Positions 28,838 to 33,144 of a stretch of 33,144 nt of DNA are shown one piece after another. This DNA comes from a virus (lineage: Duplodnaviria > Heunggongvirae > Uroviricota > Caudoviricetes). The notes beneath the pieces are model-generated. The model was not told the DNA's origin, ran no database searches, and worked only from the letters and a program-made list of their open reading frames with translations. The first letter of the stretch is position 1, and each line of letters begins with the position of its first letter. The stretch is taken from positions 1 to 33,144 of IMG/VR virus record IMGVR_UViG_641736163_000007; one strand, 5' to 3'. The position numbers and the translations under genes are program-made.

Positions 28838-29058
28838 GCCGTTCTCCGGTAATGTTTGTTTTTTGCGTCAAAGACTGACTGACAGGAAACACAACGCGTG
28901 GCTGACGGATAAGCCGCACGACGGGCAGCAGGTATTGGTGCATCACACTCTTCGCAAACCAGCGCAGAAGCACCGCAATGTTTTACCCTTGCCGCGTTAA
29001 TCTGGCGCTCCAGTAATTCAGCCTGTTGTTCCTGAATAAAATCTACGTTGTCCGGCAT
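28834..29058 (-). CDS. TraR/DksA-type C4 zinc-finger protein (P2 orf82-like position)
   Basis: 74 aa with four Cys arranged as two CxxC pairs (CEEC...CVSC). Confidence 0.7.
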   Translation of the reverse strand: MPDNVDFIQEQQAELLERQINAARVKHCGASALVCEECDAPIPAARRAAYPSATRCVSCQSVFDAKNKHYRRTA

Positions 29059-29348
29059 TACCAGTTCCTTTTGTCGTTAAGGTTTTTAAATTCATCAGCG
29101 CAATAGCTGGTGATTTCTGTCGTTAATTTCGTCAGTTCATCCACGGAGGAAATTTGCTTGTGGAATACAGCGCGTTTAACAAGTAAATTGACCACATCAG
29201 ACAGGAGGTTTAATTTATCCGCATAAATGGCTATAGTTGATTCCACCATATCCCCAGTGTTTTTATCGCGTTTAATATCAGCTAGCGACAAATCACCGTT
29301 TTTCATAACTGAAATCTTCAGCCAGTTATTAAGCAATATATTTTTCAT
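29058..29348 (-). CDS. Hypothetical protein (AT-rich)
   Basis: 96-aa ORF with GGAGAGGG upstream of ATG; start overlaps the stop of the next gene. Confidence 0.55.
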   Translation of the reverse strand: MKNILLNNWLKISVMKNGDLSLADIKRDKNTGDMVESTIAIYADKLNLLSDVVNLLVKRAVFHKQISSVDELTKLTTEITSYCADEFKNLNDKRNW

Positions 29349-29390
29349 TCGCTGTATGCCCTCTCCGCAGAATCAATCATTTCCCGGCCA

Positions 29391-29591
29391 TTATCGGTAA
29401 TACAGAAACCTTCTCTTGATTTGGTCACAAGTCCCCATTTCCCCATTGCTATAAATGTTTTTTTCCACACGGCTAGGCCAGGAGCGGAAGACATCGCTTG
29501 AAGGATGTAGTGGAGTCTTGTCATCTAATTTTTTAAGTAATGAAAGTTGATAATCTGTTAAGCGTTTCCTGAACCATTTTGTATTTGTCAT
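29391..29591 (-). CDS. Hypothetical protein (AT-rich)
   Basis: 66 aa from ATG at 29591, preceded by AGGAAAG; the track ORF begins at an upstream TTG. Confidence 0.45.
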   Translation of the reverse strand: MTNTKWFRKRLTDYQLSLLKKLDDKTPLHPSSDVFRSWPSRVEKNIYSNGEMGTCDQIKRRFLYYR

Positions 29592-29605
29592 TTCCAACTT
29601 TCCTG

Positions 29606-29818
29606 TTATTTATTGAGTCCTAGATTATGGAATTTGGCAGACTCCTGACTGAGCAACTCGACTATCTCCACGCGGGATAACTCCGCCTTTGTGATGTGGC
29701 GAATCATGGCGTCAAGATGAGAAGAGAAGCGCGTTGCTGCGTCAGCCTGTGCTTCGGTTCTGGCCTGTTGCAGCATTAATGCGTATTTACCGCACTGATT
29801 TTCAGAAACTGTATGCAT
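29606..29818 (-). CDS. Hypothetical early protein (P2 orf80-like position)
   Basis: 70-aa ORF directly downstream of B. Confidence 0.55.
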   Translation of the reverse strand: MHTVSENQCGKYALMLQQARTEAQADAATRFSSHLDAMIRHITKAELSRVEIVELLSQESAKFHNLGLNK

Positions 29819-29881
29819 GACTTTCTCCAGGCAAAAAGAAGCCCCGCACGATTAAGTGCGTTAAAAACTTTGGTTAATTAC

Positions 29882-30382
29882 TTAATGCAGATATTGCTCT
29901 GGTTTTACCGACGTCAGAATTGTCGGTGCATACTCAAACAGACTGAATAATTCACGTAATGCACGGAATAAAGCATCACGCCAGTAACATGACTCTTCAT
30001 TAATTCGCCAGTATGGCTGGTTAAATTCTTTTTCTGTCAGCCGTGCGTGCATAAATAAAGTGCGACGCTGACTGACTGTTAAAAAACTAATATATGCATA
30101 CTCACTTGCGCCAACCTGACGGCGTTTTGAGAATGCCCCGCGCAATTCATCAATTGCACAAACCAGCCGTTCACGTTCGACGTCGTTCATTTCTTCAAAA
30201 CGCATCGTTGCGTGACGCTGTTTTAACTGCGCATGAAAGCAAACCGTTAGCCGTTCGCGTTCCATCATCTGATTATAATAATCACATGTATCCTGCCAGC
30301 GAGGGACGGCCAGATGCTTACCAATTATCCGGCGCATAGCTGCTGGCTGTTTTTCAACGAGATTAAGCGTCATCACTGTCAT
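29882..30382 (-). CDS. B: Replication protein B
   Basis: 166-aa ORF in the early operon upstream of A; size matches P2 gpB. Confidence 0.8.
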   Translation of the reverse strand: MTVMTLNLVEKQPAAMRRIIGKHLAVPRWQDTCDYYNQMMERERLTVCFHAQLKQRHATMRFEEMNDVERERLVCAIDELRGAFSKRRQVGASEYAYISFLTVSQRRTLFMHARLTEKEFNQPYWRINEESCYWRDALFRALRELFSLFEYAPTILTSVKPEQYLH

Positions 30383-30549
30383 TTCCAGACCCTCCGGCTT
30401 TTCAGAAAGGTCAGAGCCTTCTTTAACGAACTCTGTTTTTTGGTGCGGATAATGATTCCCTTGCGTCCTTTCCCGTGGGTGATGGTGAAGTCAATCGCCC
30501 TAGGGCTTTCGTTACGCAATAACTGAGCAATACAACGAGGTTCCTGCAT
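30379..30549 (-). CDS. Small early protein (P2 orf78-like position)
   Basis: 56 aa from ATG at 30549 preceded by AGGAGGAG; stop overlaps B start. Confidence 0.55.
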   Translation of the reverse strand: MQEPRCIAQLLRNESPRAIDFTITHGKGRKGIIIRTKKQSSLKKALTFLKSRRVWK

Positions 30550-30649
30550 AACTCCTCCTGAAACAGAGCCGGTTTTTAGCCATGTCCGGCACATGGTCTT
30601 GTGGTAAGATCGAATCGCCAAAAACAACCAACCACAAGCGAGGTAATAA

Positions 30650-30844
30650 ATGAATAATCAAAATATTGACGAACTTATAACCACTCTCGAAAAAGCGGTT
30701 GCATTAGCAAATACCCTACCAACTCCAATGGGAGATTTTGAGGACGCTAAAAAAGTGGATGAATTAACTATTCAATTAAGAGAGATCATTCACCCTAAAA
30801 AGCCAGTCCAACTCAAAGGCTTTATTGATATAAATCATTTTTAA
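30650..30844 (+). CDS. Hypothetical small protein (64 aa), opposite orientation to early operon
   Basis: ATG preceded by GAGGTAATAA; AT-rich; upstream TGgTAAGAT -10-like element and a CCATGT-N5-ACATGG palindrome. Confidence 0.45.
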   Translation: MNNQNIDELITTLEKAVALANTLPTPMGDFEDAKKVDELTIQLREIIHPKKPVQLKGFIDINHF

Positions 30845-31286
30845 AATAGCATCTTGCATCCGTATGCTGTTTATACGGATGCGTCATCATGTCAAAAATA
30901 CTTTTCCAGTCATCAAGCCCTATTGACCATTTAATACTATTTATATCGCCTGATTTAGAAATTATCGTTTCACGAAGAGCCTTAGCGAGTTCCATGCGCT
31001 CTTGAACGGTCATACCAACGCATTCATATTTAATGCGCAAAAAAGAGTCATGAAATAAAGATTTCAAATTCAGCCGTAGAATTTCTTCATCACCATCTGA
31101 ACTAATAAAAACAAGTTCATCATTATCCAAAATGATATTTTGTTTTCTCAATTCATCGGCTGATTTATATTCTTTCGTACTATTAGCAAACTCACTATAC
31201 GTAATAGTCAGGCTGTTAGATGGTGATGCATCTTCAAGGTTTCCTCTGATGATAGTCACCGATGTTTTATTTAAATCTTGCCTCAT
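30822..31286 (-). CDS. Hypothetical protein (154 aa), AT-rich insertion downstream of cox
   Basis: ATG preceded by GGAGGAG, 10 nt after the cox stop; acidic; no family recognised. Confidence 0.6.
   Translation of the reverse strand: MRQDLNKTSVTIIRGNLEDASPSNSLTITYSEFANSTKEYKSADELRKQNIILDNDELVFISSDGDEEILRLNLKSLFHDSFLRIKYECVGMTVQERMELAKALRETIISKSGDINSIKWSIGLDDWKSIFDMMTHPYKQHTDARCYFKNDLYQ
30856..30882. terminator. Perfect 10-bp stem hairpin (GCATCCGTAT-N7-ATACGGATGC) at the convergent gene junction
   Basis: Read directly; lies 12 nt after the plus-strand 64-aa ORF stop but inside the 3' end of the 154-aa ORF; no strong T-tract. Confidence 0.3.
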
Positions 31287-31295
31287 GGCTCCTCC

Positions 31296-31652
31296 TTAGG
31301 CCGCGTGGCCATGTCTGGATTTGCTGTAACTTATGCGGTTCTTCCAGTCATGCCATTCTGTCGGAGCTTCATCGACTAGTTGAGCTGCATATTTGTCCCA
31401 CTCACGACGATTAATCCATAACTCAGCGTGACCGCCCGGCTTTAACGGGTCTGTCATATAGAATGCTGGCAGCTTTCCAGCTCGTGCCATTTCAGCCACC
31501 GCACGAGGAGTCTTACCGATGTAAAGAGCAAAACCCTCTTTCGACAGTAAATCTGACGGATCCGCAGCCAACTTAATGGAATCACGCTTGTTTTTTTTAA
31601 GAGCAGAAACTTCTTGTCTTTTCTCGTCACAAATTTCAGATCCGACATTCAT
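31296..31652 (-). CDS. cox: Cox-like excision/transcriptional regulator
   Basis: First gene of the early operon, divergent from C; contains the GKLP..MTDP segment I recall from P2 Cox; 118-aa ORF, true start may differ. Confidence 0.65.
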   Translation of the reverse strand: MNVGSEICDEKRQEVSALKKNKRDSIKLAADPSDLLSKEGFALYIGKTPRAVAEMARAGKLPAFYMTDPLKPGGHAELWINRREWDKYAAQLVDEAPTEWHDWKNRISYSKSRHGHAA

Positions 31653-31680
31653 TTTGCTATCCTCACATTGATGTCAGCGA

Positions 31681-31710
31681 TCTAGAGCGATTTAGAGTCG
31701 TTAGATGCTG
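31681..31710. promoter_or_regulatory. Putative immunity operator: imperfect direct repeats (TAGAGCGAT / TAGAGTCGT / TAGATGCTG) in the cox-C divergent promoter region
   Basis: Three about 10-bp-spaced direct repeats between the cox start (31652) and C start (31756); P2-type repressors bind direct repeats. Confidence 0.4.
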
Positions 31711-31755
31711 ATAAATTATATCAACTATGCAAAAGAATACGAGGTTAGAGAATTT

Positions 31756-32055
31756 ATGTCAACTGACACTAGCGAACGTTTGAAGCTTATCCGTGAGTCT
31801 GAACGTCTGAAAATGAAGGAGGTAGCTGAACTAGCTGGCATCAACTACACCACATATGCAGGTTATGAATCAGGTAAGGCTATGATGTCCCTAGAAAATG
31901 CTAAGAAGTTTTTTAAAGTAGAAAGGTTCAGAAAATACCGTGACTGGTTCATGTTTGATGAGACAGATCCCGCTGCCGGACAAATAGCCCCGGCGCTCGC
32001 ACACATTGGGCAAGACTCAACAACCTTGCACCACTCAGACCAAAAGACTGGCTGA
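31756..32055 (+). CDS. C: Immunity repressor C
   Basis: 99 aa from ATG at 31756 preceded by GAGG; the track ORF starts 17 codons upstream; HTH-like N-terminus; upstream of and co-oriented with int. Confidence 0.8.
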   Translation: MSTDTSERLKLIRESERLKMKEVAELAGINYTTYAGYESGKAMMSLENAKKFFKVERFRKYRDWFMFDETDPAAGQIAPALAHIGQDSTTLHHSDQKTG

Positions 32056-32148
32056 CGATTTATTCAGCATATGTGTGCAGTAAATGTACGAAAGAAAATT
32101 GCATTAATTTTCAAGTAGTAGAAGTAAACAGCGTCATCGGAGGGCTTT

Positions 32149-33144
32149 ATGTCTATTAAAAAGCTCGATGATGGTCGTTATGAAGTGGACGTCAGGCCGC
32201 AGGGTGCAGATGGAAAACGTATCAGGCGGAAATTTAAAACTAAAGGTGAAGCCCAGGCATTCGAGCGTCATGTCCTGGTTAACTACCACAACAAAGAGTG
32301 GTTGGAGAAGCCGGCCGACCGCCGAACTCTTACAGAGTTGTTAGGCAGATGGTGGATATATCACGGAAAATCACATGAGCGTGGAGATATTGAACGGGGG
32401 CGTTTGACGACAATAATTGCCAAATTTGCTGAGATGGGAGTGTCCAGGGCGGACCAGCTAACAAAGAAAACGATAACTGATTATCGCGTTGTAATGATGA
32501 ACGACGGTCTAAAACCAGCCAGCGTAAATCGGCATCTGGCAATAATGAGCGGGATGTTCACCAAGTTAATTGACGCCGGTGAATATCACTCTCACAACCC
32601 GTTCCGTGAGGTGAAGCGGTTACGTGAAGCTGTTACGGAAATGGCTTTTTTGTCCAGTGAAGAGATTACGCGGCTGCTATCCATGCTTGATGGTGATGAA
32701 TTAAATGCGACTCTGGTCTGCCTTTCTACTGGTGGACGCTGGAGTGAAGTGTCTAATTTAAAAGCTGAACACATCATTAACCAAATGGTTACGTTTATGA
32801 AAACCAAAAACGGAAAGCGCAGGACAATTCCCGTTTCGCAGGACTTGATTAAACGGATCAAAACCAAAAATTCTGGCAGGCTTTTTAATGCCAGTTACTA
32901 CAAAGTGCGCAACGCTCTCAGGGAAGTAAAACCCGATTTACCTGACGGACAGGCAGTGCATGTTTTGAGGCATACATTTGCCACACATTTTATAATGAAT
33001 GGAGGTAACATAATCACATTGCAGCGCATCCTGGGTCATTCTAACATTCAGCAAACTATGACCTACGCACACTTTGCACCGGATTTCTTACAAGATGCTG
33101 TGACTCTTAACCCGGTGTCAGGAATGTCCATAATGCGTCCATAA
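32149..33144 (+). CDS. int: Tyrosine integrase
   Basis: 331 aa; C-terminal catalytic signature (HVLRHTFAT ... GHSNIQQTMTYAHF) with conserved R, HxxR and Y; ends at the window edge. Confidence 0.9.
   Translation: MSIKKLDDGRYEVDVRPQGADGKRIRRKFKTKGEAQAFERHVLVNYHNKEWLEKPADRRTLTELLGRWWIYHGKSHERGDIERGRLTTIIAKFAEMGVSRADQLTKKTITDYRVVMMNDGLKPASVNRHLAIMSGMFTKLIDAGEYHSHNPFREVKRLREAVTEMAFLSSEEITRLLSMLDGDELNATLVCLSTGGRWSEVSNLKAEHIINQMVTFMKTKNGKRRTIPVSQDLIKRIKTKNSGRLFNASYYKVRNALREVKPDLPDGQAVHVLRHTFATHFIMNGGNIITLQRILGHSNIQQTMTYAHFAPDFLQDAVTLNPVSGMSIMRP

Overview
The window is an almost complete P2-family (Peduovirus-like) prophage, read here in reverse orientation. It runs from the 3' end of tail gene D at position 1 to the stop codon of the integrase at 33144; ogr and the att sites would lie outside the window. 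All gene names are assigned by reading the ORF translations against remembered P2 gene order, protein sizes and a few visible motifs; no database search was run. The minus strand carries the contiguous late morphogenesis and lysis genes D-U-T-E/E'-FII-FI, then G-H-I-J-W-V-S-R-lysC-lysB-lysA-K-Y-X-L-M-N-O. The plus strand carries terminase P and portal Q, and Q is split by a 2.58-kb IS21-family element (istA/istB) flanked by a 6-bp target duplication, so the prophage is probably defective for particle production. Downstream of Q are an intrinsic terminator and a 19-bp match to the P2 cos site. The early region (cox to A, minus strand) and the immunity region (C, int, plus strand) are intact. 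The most interesting content is three low-GC accessory islands at positions where P2-like phages are known to carry variable anti-phage cargo: (1) the Z/fun position between G and FI, with a 369-aa membrane-anchored protein; (2) the tin/old position between A and cos, with a small lipoprotein plus a 286-aa membrane-anchored protein and no OLD-like ATPase; (3) an insertion between cox and the orf78-like gene, with a convergent 154-aa/64-aa gene pair. I recognise no domain in any of these cargo proteins, so they are the candidates for an undescribed defence or superinfection-exclusion system. No CRISPR array, rRNA or tRNA was recognised.
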